Source: Rhizodiscina lignyota (Eukaryota). From it: a DNA stretch of 64,000 nt. The stretch is from assembly GCA_010015805.1 (NCBI GenBank), contig ML978125.1:682001-746000 (forward strand). Direction: 5' to 3'. The position numbers and the translations under genes were made by a program. Under the pieces are notes generated by a model, which did not search any database, had not been told where the DNA came from, and saw only the letters and a program-made list of their open reading frames with translations. Shown here in pieces: positions 1-12,660 of this stretch. Position 1 is the first letter of the stretch. Each line of letters opens with the position of its first letter.

Positions 1-1625
1 TCCTTTGGCTTGTTAAAATACGGGTCATCAATCTCGCAGGTGGTCCCAACCTTCGGCAACTTTCCACTATCAAGATACTTGCGGACATGCTTGGCAGTAC
101 AGTTGCTCGGCATGCTGACCGTGCAATGCCCCATGCTTCTCTGCTCCAGCAACACGCTGCCTTCATAGACCGCATTCGCCTTCTGAGCCGATATGAGCGG
201 ACATATGGGGTCAAGAGACGTGCTGAGAATGAGCAGCGGATGAGCCGTCTTGACACGCTCTGCAGGCACGAAAGAGTGGCTGCGAGCGTATCTCCAGGAC
301 TCTAGCTCGAATAAGGAATCCGCCTCGGTGTCTCCCGCGATGGTGGATGCATTGTGGAAAGCATTCATCGCAACAAGAATCTCTCGTCTCGTCATCTTCG
401 GCCTGGTGAGTTGATCTCGCGGCGCCAAGTCACTGTTTACGATAACCATGTTGGCTTCGTAAAGATCGCTCCACTCGTTTTCTGGTAGCGACCAGGCCTG
501 GAAGGGAACCGAGAGGTTGCCTTGCATCAATGCTGCAAGATTCTCCGCTAACTGCGGCCAAGTGGTTGGCTTGTATAGGGAGGGGAATATCCCGTCCCAG
601 GCAACGTCGAAGAAACGTATTTCTCCGTGCAAGCTGGCGTTAATGTATACAGGAATGGGGTCGTCGTAAAGGTCCAGGATGGTTCTTGTCAGGTTGGTGC
701 GAAGATCCTCTGCAGAGACGTAGCCAGCAGCTAGCGGACAAGCATCCCCCGATTTGAAGCACTCTTGAATGAATCCCTTGTACACTGCATCGGTAGAATC
801 GAACTCGTCAGCACTTGACAGCTTCGGGTTGTACCAAGGGATCTGATTAGACACGCCGTCGATGATTAGGCGCTCGACTCTTTCGGGAAACATTTGGGCA
901 TAGGTCTGGCCCAAGGTTGTTCCGTAGGAGAAGCCCCAGTAGAGCATCCTTTCCTGCCCGACGGCATCAAGAATGGAGTTCATGTCAGCAGCGGTCTGCG
1001 GCGTGTTGAAGTACGCGCCTGCTTCGCCCATGATATCTCGGCATGCCTGCGCCAGATTCTCATAGTACGCATAGAAGTCGCCGGACTGAGTCCACGGATC
1101 CAAAGGTTTCAAGGCCTTGTCGACCGTTCTGTCAATGTCATTCAAAAAGCACGCAGCTTTCGGTGTTGACTGGTTCACACCCCTGGGGTCGAAAGAGAGC
1201 AAATGGTACCCTTCGCCGACGATTTTGTTGAGCTGCTCTCCGCGCCTAAATACGAATTCGCCTCCACTTCCACCAGGTCCGCCGGGGTTGATGAGGAGAG
1301 ACTTGGTAGCATTCTTTCCGACAAGCCTCGTGAGAGCAAGCGAGAACGTCTTCTCGGCTGTCGTCGAGCCTTCTTCTGCAAAATGGTCCATGGGGACATC
1401 AAGGCGAGCACATTGGACATCATGCCCTGCGACGGCTCCACAGGGCGACCAATCGAGGCCTGAGGTCTGTGGTACTAGTTTTGAATGAAAGAGTCGAAGG
1501 ATGTTGTGCCCGACGACAAGCATCATCAACACCGCCATCAATCGTCTGAGCGGGGTGAGCCGCTTTGGCTTCTCAGGGCTTGCGCCTTCTGCGCCGAGAA
1601 GCGGAATGCTCTTCTCATCTCTCAT
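1..1625 (-). CDS. TAP-like alpha/beta hydrolase (peptidase S33 / tripeptidyl-aminopeptidase-like), 3' end beyond window edge
   Basis: Missing from the ORF track because it runs off the edge. Manual translation from ATG 1625: MRDEKSIPLL..., hydrophobic anchor, LLINPGGPGGSG, SFDPRGV, nucleophile YWGFSYGT, C-terminal GHCTVSMPSNCTAKHVRKYL. Start and end are in the same frame, so no intron is needed. Confidence 0.85.
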   Translation of the reverse strand, partial: MRDEKSIPLLGAEGASPEKPKRLTPLRRLMAVLMMLVVGHNILRLFHSKLVPQTSGLDWSPCGAVAGHDVQCARLDVPMDHFAEEGSTTAEKTFSLALTRLVGKNATKSLLINPGGPGGSGGEFVFRRGEQLNKIVGEGYHLLSFDPRGVNQSTPKAACFLNDIDRTVDKALKPLDPWTQSGDFYAYYENLAQACRDIMGEAGAYFNTPQTAADMNSILDAVGQERMLYWGFSYGTTLGQTYAQMFPERVERLIIDGVSNQIPWYNPKLSSADEFDSTDAVYKGFIQECFKSGDACPLAAGYVSAEDLRTNLTRTILDLYDDPIPVYINASLHGEIRFFDVAWDGIFPSLYKPTTWPQLAENLAALMQGNLSVPFQAWSLPENEWSDLYEANMVIVNSDLAPRDQLTRPKMTRREILVAMNAFHNASTIAGDTEADSLFELESWRYARSHSFVPAERVKTAHPLLILSTSLDPICPLISAQKANAVYEGSVLLEQRSMGHCTVSMPSNCTAKHVRKYLDSGKLPKVGTTCEIDDPYFNKPK

Positions 1626-2082
1626 GACGATGTTCAAGTTTGAGATGAAGATAATGTTTCCTGAGCCAAGTCTTCGCCTTTTCAGGGCTTGGGATTCAGC
1701 GGTAAGTCCTCAAAACCGAAGAGGACATGTAAATTTTCTTAGTCAGTAACAATTACCAGAACGGGCAGTTCGTCCAGAAAGAGGAGTTAACAGAAGCCAT
1801 GTCCAGGAGCAAGTTCGTATATGGCTGATTGAGCTCAATATCAATTTTATGCCTCCGTCATCCAAGACATGAGGCCGTGTCTCGTTTTCCTCATCTATTT
1901 TCCCACTTAGAAGGTCGCTGAGGATCTCGATTGGAACATGGCTGAAACCCTGGCAAAAAGGACTACGCAGAACACGAATTATCACTAATGGGATGTGTGA
2001 AATAATGTCTAGATGTGCAATGGCAGCTACGTTTCGTTAATAGTCACTAGAAGCCTCGTTCAAAACCAAAGTCTAGTCTCGC

Positions 2083-5000
2083 TCAGTCTTCTGGGGATCC
2101 TTCCGACGGCGGAGGTGTCGGCATAATACAATTCAATCTCGGTATGCAGGCGAATGCTTTATCGACAAAATCAATCTCTGGCGGTTTGTTGTATGCATTG
2201 CTAGGTTCAATCTCACCTCTCGAGTTGCCTGAAAGAGGAGTATAGTTCACTCCAGGATCTGTATTGCCTTGCTTGGCAAGGTCTCCCACTTGGTCTACTT
2301 CTTCTGGAGCATGATGGCCTGAGACCACCTGTGATTCGTTTCGATCCCTAGGACACACTGCTTCGGTCGACTCGCCGTAAGAAGCAACTGAAAGTCCCGG
2401 TTTGTTCGTGTCTCTCGCGTTCGCACTTTCCAGATCTTTTCGCTGGTCTTCATCCAACACAGCAGCATCTGCACCATTCTCCAAAAGGATAGCCATGCAT
2501 GCAACGCGCCCAGCAGCCGCTGCCAGATGTAGGGGAGTCTTTCGGTCTCGATCGTAGATATTAAGCTCTGCGCCACGAGCGAGAAGAGCCTTTACAATGT
2601 CTGCGAAGCCTTTCTCTGCTGCGTAGTGCAGGGCCGTCCGTCGCTTCTCAAGGTATCGGCCTTTGACGTTGAATCCATACTCGATAAGCTTCATCGCGGT
2701 ATACTCTGTGCCGTTCCTGATGGCCCGGACAATAGCGACGCCTTCTTTCTGTGCGCCATATTTAATCAAGTGTGAGACTGATCTCGCATCGTCGTTCGAT
2801 ACGGCTGTGATTAGAGCTTTCGAGACTCCGCGCAGTCCAATACCCTTGGTCAATAACGTCAACAGCACATCCGGATGCTGATGCAAGACTGCATAATGCA
2901 ATGGCGTTTCCTGCTCTTTCATCTTTGGCTCGAGATTTGTCAAGAGCTGGACAGCGCAATTGTGGCCGTATCGACACGCGGAACACAAGGCCCAGAATCG
3001 ACGCTGCTCGGCATCCTCCATTTTCTCGACCACTTTGAGGAGCAATTTGATGATTTCACTTCGCCCTTCCCGTGCTGCAGCATTCAACGCGTTGCCAATA
3101 ATCTCACTTTCGCCCTTGTACTCCTTCAAAAGGATGGAAACGAGTTCAAGGTTATTAGTAGAGACTGCCCGGACGAGCGGTTCAACCTCAGTTCCAACAG
3201 GTTGAAATGGATCGGCACCACACTTTATCAAGCACTCTACCAAACTGAGCTTCGATTGGGGCTTTGCCATGAAGACGGCATAGCCTAATGGATTGAGCTC
3301 GTAAATCCTTCTCGAGGAGTTCGGGTTCTGCTCGACTTCCACATCTGTAGCATCGTCGAAGCCGGGATAGCGAAGCATGTACAAATATTCAACAAGATCA
3401 TACCAGTTGAAAATGCAAGCAACCCAGATTGGATTTGCGCCGCGGTCTGGTACACCATTCAGGCAATGAAGCTCTTTTGCTGCTCTGCACCAGATGCGGT
3501 AGTTTTCAGAGACGTTGCTATCCGTTATGAGGAAACGTTTAATATGAAGTTCCAGCACGCCAGAGTTGCGGAGGGCGCCACTTCTGTCAGCATGGCGAAT
3601 CCAGTGCGATATCGCGTACTTGGTCGTCACGGAATCGCCAGGTAAGTCTTCAACAATTTCTTTGCCTTCATGTTTCTCCGAACTGGCCGACTCTTCACCA
3701 GAAGAATCGTCCGTTTCCAGGTCTATGGCACCAGTTACTGCAGACTCTATGCCTTTGATGATTGGCTCCTGGAAAGCTCCGTCCTGGGCCCTGCGAGAAG
3801 TCTTCCGCTTCTCTGAGTTCTCGGAGTTTTCAGTCTTCTCATCTCCCTCTGATTGGTGAATCTTACGGCTGCCAGTAAAGGTGTCAGCCAAATACGTAAG
3901 ACATGCGGAAGCAAGCGCGGCGTTGCCATGGTCGGGGAGATAGGCGTCTATTTTGCGCTTTTGAAGATTCTCGAGGAATTCTCGAACTGACAGATGCGCG
4001 AATTGGAAAGACGTGACATTGGGGACCACAAGATTCGCGCAAACGTCCAATACCTCATTACTTGTGAAAGATCGATTGCCTACCTCGCCGTCGTGGATAG
4101 AGGCAAGTTTAGAAAACGATTCGAGAGGAATGGAGTCTTGTGCATAGAGAAGCCATTGAAAGGTAAAGGTGGCTAATCGCAGAGCATGGTCCCCAGAAGC
4201 CTGGATCTGCTCCAAAACTTCCCAGTAAGAGCCTTCTAATGTCTCCGGTAGTTCTCCAAGACGATCTTCGATATCCGCAGCGACCTTAAGCTGCCGAAGA
4301 GATTGAATTTGCAAGTCAACCCAGCGAAACCTTTTGACTTGTTAGCTTTTCTTGCGAAGAAACAATTTGCTGAAACCCCGCGCACTAGATGTTGACACTC
4401 GACACTACCAATATCTAACGCAAATGAACGGCTACACTTACATTCCTCGTGCTTTTTCTCGGAGCGTCTCAGAAATCTCAACGCGCAAGTCATTTGAGAT
4501 GTTGCCGTGCAAAAGCCGGGCAGAGTCGAGCTGGTGGTCGCTAGAATTCCGTGTCAGCAACAGAATGAATCGGAGCTACTTCTTCAAACTGAAACATTAC
4601 ATGAAAGACTCTATATCCTTTCCATTGTTCTCTGCGCTAATGTAAACGTTGGGAGAGCCTCTCATGAGTAGAGAAATGTCGATATTATCGCGGCTTGAGA
4701 TGAATAGCTTAATGAGGCTGTCCGAGCTCTTTAAGATACCGCTCAGAGCATTAAGCAAGTCTGTTCTTTCGTTGTAATTAACTTCATCGAGCGCGTCAAG
4801 CACAAATGTTATAGATGGATAACCGTTCGCGAGCTCTAGCAGTACTCGCGAACTTTCCTCCGCCGTCCAAGATTGATCCTCGAACCCGTCGAATCCGTCA
4901 ATTGCGCCTTCATAGCACTGAAAAACGGGCTGGAGGATCGGAGTACCAGGAGAGGCCGATGAGAGTTGTCTGACGAGACTAGCAAGTATCTTGTCGCACT

Positions 5001-6305
5001 CGGCGCGCTGTGGCGCCGTTGGATCGCGCATGCAGTAAAAATATGCGAGATTCTCTTTACCCTTAATCTCGTCAATAACAAGCGAGGTCAGTTTCGTCTT
5101 ACCGCAGCCAGGGATACCATGCAGCCAAAGCGTCGATGACGAGCTGCTCTGGCGCCAGTCGCTGAACGTCGGGTTTGACAGGAGCCACTGTCCAGAGTCC
5201 TTTAGTCGATTCATAGATGCGGCCTTATGCTGTGCGCCATAGTTAATCTTTGAAATAGCATTAAGGATTTCTCTTCGAGTGCTGCGCTCGAGGCCGTCTT
5301 TAATATCGGAAAGCTCGCCGTAGATACGGTTAATCGGGGTTTGGAACTCCTTCAAATGCCTCTGAAGGGTTTCGAACCTGTCCTCATCGTCTTGTTTCCG
5401 TTGAGTTTGCTCGTGTTCTATATTGTTGACTTTTGTAAGAATTTCGTCTGAAGTTTCCGATACGGCAATCTGGACCGTTGAATCAAACTTAGATCGAGTT
5501 CTCTCTATATCGGCGTACAAGTCTTCAAACTCTTTCTTGGACCTGACAATGCCCTGAACGAACCGAACAGCCGTGTTTCGGCCAAAATAATGTAGGGTTT
5601 TTGCAAGATACCGCAAGATGGCCGTATTGAGCTCAGTCATTGCTTTTTCCAGATGATCAAACATCTTGAGACCACTAGAATAGCTTGTAAGCGCATTGAC
5701 TAATGGCTAAAGGTTGCACATCAGAGGAGTACATAAAATAAGTCCAGTATGCTACATACCTCTTCCGCATAAACATTTCCTGCAGGACTGACGAAATTGC
5801 AATTGCATTGGATATGCGCTCCATGGATAGAATTATGTATCCGAATGTATCAATGTCATTGACCGTTGCTTGCATGATGAGGCGGAGAGCAGCCCACGGC
5901 AGTGCGGCGTGGCCAGGGTCATATTGGACTACGACGTCGCCAACAAGCTGCAAAATCGTACGTTAACAACGCGTTCCTCCTCCAGCATATTTTCCCCTTC
6001 TCTCGCGTGGCGGCATGCGAAATGAGTATGCTGACCAGAACTTTGTCAATCCATACGCTAATCTTGTCAAGCACGTCCCTCAGAACAATCGTTCTTCCAT
6101 TGATCTCCACCTTCCATCTCTTCTTTAGACTGGCCTTCTTTTTCTCCTGGGTTGCGGCCAGTGCGCCTTTGAGCACCTCGTGAGCATCTAGCTTGGAAGT
6201 CTCCGCAAAATTGAAACTGGCCTGGTCTTCAGCGCTGAGCTGCCTCAGGGCTTCGTTCCAGCTGTCTAGCCTCCCTAAGTTGCTGGTAGTTAAGCTAGCG
6301 GGCAT
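2083..6305 (-). CDS. Fungal NLR-like STAND protein: N-terminal helical domain, NACHT NTPase, ankyrin repeats
   Basis: Four ORF-track pieces plus a short exon join through GT-AG introns (e.g. 6035..5948). Walker A LWLHGIPGCGKTKL, Walker B FVLDALDE, spliced GMFRWVDLQIQSL, ankyrins TALHYAAEKG and TPLHLAAAAG. N-terminal motif YDPGHAALPWAALRL. Start codon uncertain. Confidence 0.88.
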
Positions 6306-7403
6306 GACGGCGGCAGGGTCACTGAGGCATGGCAAGCTCCGAAGGAGCGCAAGTACAAATCCTCAAGCGCCGAGTTGTCACACACCCGAGACTCCAGTCC
6401 TTCGTTCTAGGAGTCACAGGTATTAACGGTGGTTATGCTTGGTAGCTCACGGTGTCTCCATGTCGACCTCGGAGGTCCAGTGGCTTAATAAGCATTATGT
6501 TGCTTACTAATCAGTACTTTTCAGGCACATTTGCACTGCACAGGTTTTCGTTAGCTAGTCTATAGTGCGTTGAAAGATATGTAGAAGAATGAAGAAGAGT
6601 CGGCGCATTTATCCTTTGTAGCGATGATGCGAGGCCTCATCCTCGTACACTGGTAAGTCGCAGTACATCCGCCGAGATGCATTCTCACGAATCGTTGCTA
6701 CTGAGTGTGGAAGTATGTAGGTCATTTCACCCTTCACGAACAATCGATGCAGCCGAAAGGAGTTAGTCGTACATAAAATTCAATGGGACCGTCAAGCCGT
6801 TCAAACATAATTGGGCAATTAGAGAGGTTCACCTTGGAACTTGAATATCGGACTCCGTCCTTGTGCGGCCAGACAAACGGGGACGATAAGGGATGTCCTA
6901 AGCATACGTGTCACAGCAAGCCATGCGATTGTGAGTGGGAGCCACTAACAAACGGTGGCTTGAATTGTGCATAGGATGCCCGACAGTCTGGTGCTCCGAT
7001 ATCATCCCCACGCCATCGTGAACTAGTTGTCCAAAGACAAAGTGGAGGCGCTACGAACGCCTCTCACCAAGCCGGACAATCACAGTGGGAATAGCTCCAA
7101 GCCCTTGTGAAGATCGATATAATACCAATTTAGTTGTATGTACAACTACAATGATTGGTTCCCCTTTGTACACGGACTAAATGATGAATGTCTCGCGAAG
7201 TTCCACCTCTCTATCAATTGTTGACCGGAGAAGAATAAAAAGTAAAACACTAGAAACGAATTGCCGTGCTGCCGCAGTCATGTGCGCGCTGCTGGTATAG
7301 TGCGTCAAAATCCCCAAGCAAATGCCATCGCCAAAATAGAAAATATGTCGCTAGTATTACACAATATGCAAGTTAGTCATTAATCATTAACAGATAACTC
7401 TTT

Positions 7404-9082
7404 TCACCATCCCCAAGCTCTTCGCACGCGGCCAACGCCCGGGTCTGCGCCTCCATATGACACTCGTCCCATGCCCATATCGCCACCCTCGCCTTCGGGG
7501 CTCAGAACCATGCGTTCTTCACGCCTGATGTCCATCGGACTGGCTGCAACGCTGGGATCTTGTTCGCCGCTTAGGTTTCGGCTTCTGTTCTGGGCTGCTT
7601 GGCTTGCTACCGCTGCTGTGCTGACACCCAGACCGTAGGCGACAGGCCGCGCAGCATTCGTGGATGGGAATGTGCCGTTCGCAGTATTGACAAAGCGCGG
7701 GGAGTTGGGCGAGTAGTTACCGTTACCGTTGCCGTTACCGTTGCGAATGGGCGAGCCATTCGGATACGTGTTCGTATACGCAGTATTGACGCCTGGTATC
7801 GTCAGTGGGCTGGGCGGTTGAACTGCTGGGATGAGACCCGCACGTGGATCGTCTGTCTCCTCTGGACTCAGCGACCTTGTCGCACCTCCTGTCGATGGCA
7901 GCGTCTGGTTTGTGGTGTGGAAGCTCTCTGCGCTGCGGGCGGCGCCGTTTGTACCGAACTCGCGCGTCACGAGTATCCCAGCTCCTGGGTCGCCTGGTCC
8001 TCCTCGTGGTCCACCGATCTGTGCTGTTTCTGGGGGAGGGGTGATGGGCGGGTCGTACAAGTACGCTTCCTCAGGATACACTTGGTTCAGTTCACGGTGC
8101 CGGGCAGCGCGCTGAGAGCGTCGACGGAGGTAGAAAGCGATGCCAGCGATGCCAATAGCTGCGGCTCCGATTGAACCGACTGAGATACCTGCAATCTGAC
8201 CACCAGATAGGTTGTTCGAGGAAGAGGAAGGGGGAACAGGTGCGGTGCCATTCGTCGGACGGTTAGTAGCTTCGGAGGTCGAAGGTGTTGGCGAGTGGCT
8301 TGTGGATGAGGATGACGATGTTGAGGTAGTAGATGAAGTGGATTTTGAAGATGTAGATGAGAAGGATGTAGAGGAATGGGAGGATGAAGTGCGAGTTGTT
8401 GAGGAGTCGGTGGAGGAAGAGCGACTGGAAGTGGATAGTGTGGTTTGGGAACGAGATGAGGTTGGCGTGGATTGTGATGACGAGCTTCGCTGGGAGGTGG
8501 ACGATGCGGTAGTGGCAGATGATGATCGCTGCGTACTTGCTGTGGCTGAGGTAGACTGGGCAGAGGTTTGCGACGCCGAGGAAGGCGTAGCAGAAGGCAC
8601 CGAGACGGTAACTGAAGTGTCACCGCTGGCAAATACACTCGGCGCGGCCGGTGTGAAAGTCTGCAGAAACGAAGCGACCGAGCTGAATTCAGATTCCGCC
8701 GAGGAAAGCGCTTCCAAAGCCACGCTCTGCTGTGCTGAAAAGATTGACAATGAGGGATCGGATGGCAAAGGCGCTGTCTGCGCCGCGCGTTCAACGATGG
8801 CAGCTAGCGCCAACAAGTCTTGAATGTGCATCTCCTCCGCGACAGCATCAGTGTCTTCTATTATCACCGGGTCGAGAGTCTGCGGTGTTGGACTCGATGT
8901 CGTTGTGATTGAAGGTGTGAGAGCGGAGGCTGCAGCGTAAGATCGTGCATCTAGACAACCTATCAGCTACCCTGGCCGGCGAGCGCTAGATCGTATAGCT
9001 TACCATGGAGGTTCTGGCTTGCCACTCGTTGCGAGAGGCATAGGCTTGTGAAGAACAAGAGAAATGAGCGCTTCTCCCACAT
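7404..9082 (-). CDS. Mid2/Wsc-like Ser/Thr-rich single-pass plasma membrane protein
   Basis: ATG 9082 gives a signal peptide (MWEKRSFLLFFTSLCLSQRVAS). Intron 9003..8951 (GTAAGC..GCTGAT..TAG) joins it in frame to the 487-aa ORF. Long S/T tract, TM helix LSGGQIAGISVGSIGAAAIGIAGIAFYL followed by RRR, then a low-complexity cytosolic tail. Confidence 0.75.
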
Positions 9083-11179
9083 TGGCGCCGTTCGACTTGG
9101 GGTTGAATTGGCTAATCAATGCATGTATAGCAATGCTGGTGGACAATACGAAAGGGAATGACTTGAAGAAGGAAACAGCGAAAAGGAGAGGCAAAGGAGG
9201 TTGCGTCAGTCAATACATGGAAATATGGCGAAAATGGGAAAAGCGAAGCAGTACGAAAGCATTAATATAAAGCGTTGCATGGCGCTCTTGGAGGCGTGGT
9301 GGGTGGAGATGGGCAGGCCTGCTCATCTGCAAGAGGGGCATCCTGAGCGCATCCATGTGGCGGAGTCAGCGAGGTGCGCGCTGAATGGCTGCATAAATTG
9401 GGAGCCGTCCAACGTGTGCCCTCCCGCACGCTAATTTTGGATTGAAACAGCCTGTGCTGGCCCGTTCCCTCTCGCAGTGCTCCCAAACTTTGACTGCGGC
9501 ACACAGGAAGGTGGCAAAGACGTGGCTCATGAACGCCTGTCCTCCCACCCGTTCCTCCTCGTCGTCATGTCTCTATGCCGAGCGCGCAGCCCCATCCCGC
9601 CGTGATTCCAAAGGCTTTGAAGCTTTCGACTCCAGTGATTCCATGGAGCTCAGGACCGGAGCCGGTTGGCTGTCGTCCATTTACTCAAATCAAGATAGAA
9701 ATCTGACGGACTCGGCCACGAGACTCGACGCACGATCCGACTGGGCCAGAGCACAACTCATACATAAGCCAGTCCGCGTACGTACGCATTCGCAAATAAA
9801 GACCCGCCCGAGTAGTCCGGGGAAATGTCTAATATGGCTATTTTTTAGATCCGCATGACTGGGTTCCGCCCGCACGTACCTGCTTGCGCTTTCGACCTGC
9901 TGTATATGAATAGGCAGCGGTCGCGAGACTACCTATGCGAGAGTAAGCATCTGTTTCACAGCGGCCGTCACCGTGTCGCCGCCGAAAGGCCCCAATTGCT
10001 ACTGCGAGTATATTAGAATTCAATTGTTTCCTCTTCTTCGCCGGCTGTCTCGGCGCCTTCTGAAGCCACTCTCGCCGTCACCGCCGACACTCTCCTCCAC
10101 CGCCGACGCCAGAATATTGAAAACCTGTCCCGCCGGCGATGCCCCTGAGGATCCACAAGACGGCGGCATGTCGATCGGCATGTTTATCCAAGCCAACCAC
10201 CTCATCTGAAGTCGCGTAGAATAACAGGAGATCTCCCGCGCTTCCCTGGTCCGTTGCAAGCGAGTTGGTGCAACTTCCAACAATCGGTAGTGCTCGTGCG
10301 ATAGTGGCGTTCACAGGGGACGCGATGGATTTTCCTAGCCGTCTCTTGGATCAGCAGCCACTGCCAAAACAAACATGTTTTTGTATTGTACTAGCGGCAG
10401 GGATTCTAATGCCTTGTCGTTCTTCAAGTTTATGTTCATGTTTCGATGTCCCTGATTACGTAAGTGCACTCTCACCACTTGACTTCATGTTGACGTGCGT
10501 TGAGTCTTTCAAATGTCGTGTTCAATATTACTTCGTCATTCTTCTCTAAGTATTACGTTCTATCTAACTACATGACAAAACCCACGTTAGTCCAATATTC
10601 CTTAAACAGAGAATTTTCTCGTGTTTGTGCGTTACCAAATCCATTTCCGGCGATTGTCGTAGACGTCTTTGTTCCGAACTTCACGACGTCTCAGCTCATA
10701 GGCAGCTGCGTTTTCCATCTGTCTCCTATACAAAGAAAACTGTCCCGAATATTTGATCCTAGTGAATTCCAATGTTATGGCTCAAAGGAAATTTTACACC
10801 TCGACTGGTCAAGTTCTTGCCAATGCCTTGGGCACTAGCCGTGAGCCCTCCTCAATGATGTAAATGATGGAGAAGATTGCTGCTTGCAGCGCTGTCAGTA
10901 CCGATCTTCTCGAAATATCGAAGATCTGGAAAAATCTGAAACAGCTTGGTCATCTCTCTTTTTAAGATGGTAGAGATTCCGCCTCTTCAATAGTTCTATC
11001 AAGAATCCCGCCAATACCGTCAATATTTTCTCCATTGTACAAACAACTTCCATTTGTGGACATATTCACCCCTTTGCTGTTCATATTCCTCATTCTGTAT
11101 AATCACAGTTGTGCTATGCACACTCCTTGAATACTGCGCTAGACGAAATCCACCCTCCATAGTATCACCTCTTCCACCG

Positions 11180-12181
11180 ATGTTCGGTCCATCAGAGAAA
11201 CAGCTTCATTGGACGCAGCGCGTTGCGCTGGTCAAACACAACTTACACGCGGCACGTCAAAGTGGTAACTTCTCTTTCTTCAAGATACTGCAGGCGCATG
11301 CGTTTCTTTCAGGTACCGACTATGTTGCCACTCTAACGGCAGCGCTCAATGACGATGCCGACACCGTCATCAATACGTTGGACAACCTGAACGCCGGCAT
11401 AGCCTACGTCTTTCAAGACGCATTCAAGAGCGTTTACGATAGTGTCAAGACTCTGATGATGGGCAGCCACGATGACTTGGAATCGGTCAAGGCACAGCTT
11501 CGTGTGGATGTCCTGCAGCAGATCCAACGGGCCGATTTTGCTATCGACCGTATCGTCAACAGCGCGATTGCCCTCATTCAACTCCAACCCCAGGAACACC
11601 AGAACGAAGTTGCGTGTGCATGGGTCCTCGGCGCCACAATCATCACCGATTCCGTCAGTGTGTGCTTGCACGAGATAAACTCAGCCGAAACTTACCTGGA
11701 CGACTTTATTCGCCTCGAGAACAGCTGGGCTACTGTACAATCCAGCGTCGAGAGTTCCGTCATCGCACTCCGTGGCATTCTCAACCTCATGGCGGTGGAC
11801 GAGAACACGGAGGAGTTCAAGCGCCGTAACTCATCCTCCATGTCGGCCTCGAGCGCCTCCAATATGTTCCGCAGGATCAGTACTGCTTTCGGCGCCGGTA
11901 TGCACCTCTCGAACCCTCCTCCGCCGTACCGTAGGAGCAGTCAGGCAAGCACGACAATGTCGAGCATCTCCTCACACTCGAGCCCAAGTGCACTGCGGAC
12001 AAGCTTCACGGCGGCGACTCCGACAAAGATGCCGAAGACTCCACGGGGCAGCGTCGGCAACATCAGCTTGAATGGAAACCCGACACATAAATTCAATGGC
12101 TTTACTTCGCTTGCGCCTATCCCAGCCACTCCTGGCATTAGTGATGAATTCGGCGATCCGTTTGATATGCCAAGTCCTTAG
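11180..12181 (+). CDS. Hypothetical protein, about 333 aa, predicted helical core with Ser/Pro-rich tail
   Basis: Long intronless ORF with coding-like codon usage; first in-frame ATG at 11180 (MFGPSEKQ). No family motif recognised. Confidence 0.7.
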   Translation: MFGPSEKQLHWTQRVALVKHNLHAARQSGNFSFFKILQAHAFLSGTDYVATLTAALNDDADTVINTLDNLNAGIAYVFQDAFKSVYDSVKTLMMGSHDDLESVKAQLRVDVLQQIQRADFAIDRIVNSAIALIQLQPQEHQNEVACAWVLGATIITDSVSVCLHEINSAETYLDDFIRLENSWATVQSSVESSVIALRGILNLMAVDENTEEFKRRNSSSMSASSASNMFRRISTAFGAGMHLSNPPPPYRRSSQASTTMSSISSHSSPSALRTSFTAATPTKMPKTPRGSVGNISLNGNPTHKFNGFTSLAPIPATPGISDEFGDPFDMPSP

Positions 12182-12460
12182 TAAGTCTTAATTCTGTCGA
12201 ATTATGTGTCACACGCTTACGTCTACTGTGCAGCAGCAGCAACAACGACAAGCTTTCGGTGGATGTGAAGGACTACTCTGTGAAGCCATCACAGATGCAA
12301 GTTGCCTGACTGAGTAGCACTTGTCTAAAAGCTAACAAATGGATAGCGAGATGGTCGATCCTCTGCACGTTGGAGCATAACGTACGAGTCTCCCAGATGC
12401 GATGTACATTATCCGCCGTCTATCTTGAAATCTGCAAGTCGAAAGTTCTACTGCACCTGT

Positions 12461-12660
12461 ATGCGGAGGTTTAGTCCAATTGCGACTGGAGTCTATTCAT
12501 ATCCCTTACGGCGACTTGAGCAAATTCGAGAATTAGGCCGCTCCGCCTTCTTCCACCGAGCTCATGCACATAACGCCGTCCATCTTTCGTTGATATCACC
12601 AAGTTAGGAGGCTTACTTCACCGATATGCGGAGGTTTCATTCAATCACGACTGGAGTCTA
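12461..12660. repeat. Imperfect 35-bp direct repeat, two copies 165 bp apart
   Basis: atgcggaggtttagtccaattgcgactggagtcta (12461) versus atgcggaggtttcattcaatcacgactggagtcta (12626). Confidence 0.75.

Noticed and set aside
7700..7760. NGNGNGNGN tract next to the NLR gene as a possible amyloid signalling motif
   Set aside because: It is a simple hexanucleotide repeat in the cytosolic tail of the membrane protein, and I see no matching motif at the NLR N-terminus.
8087..8823. Long alternative-frame and antisense ORFs (235 aa, 203 aa acidic)
   Set aside because: Shadows of the Ser/Thr-rich coding sequence.
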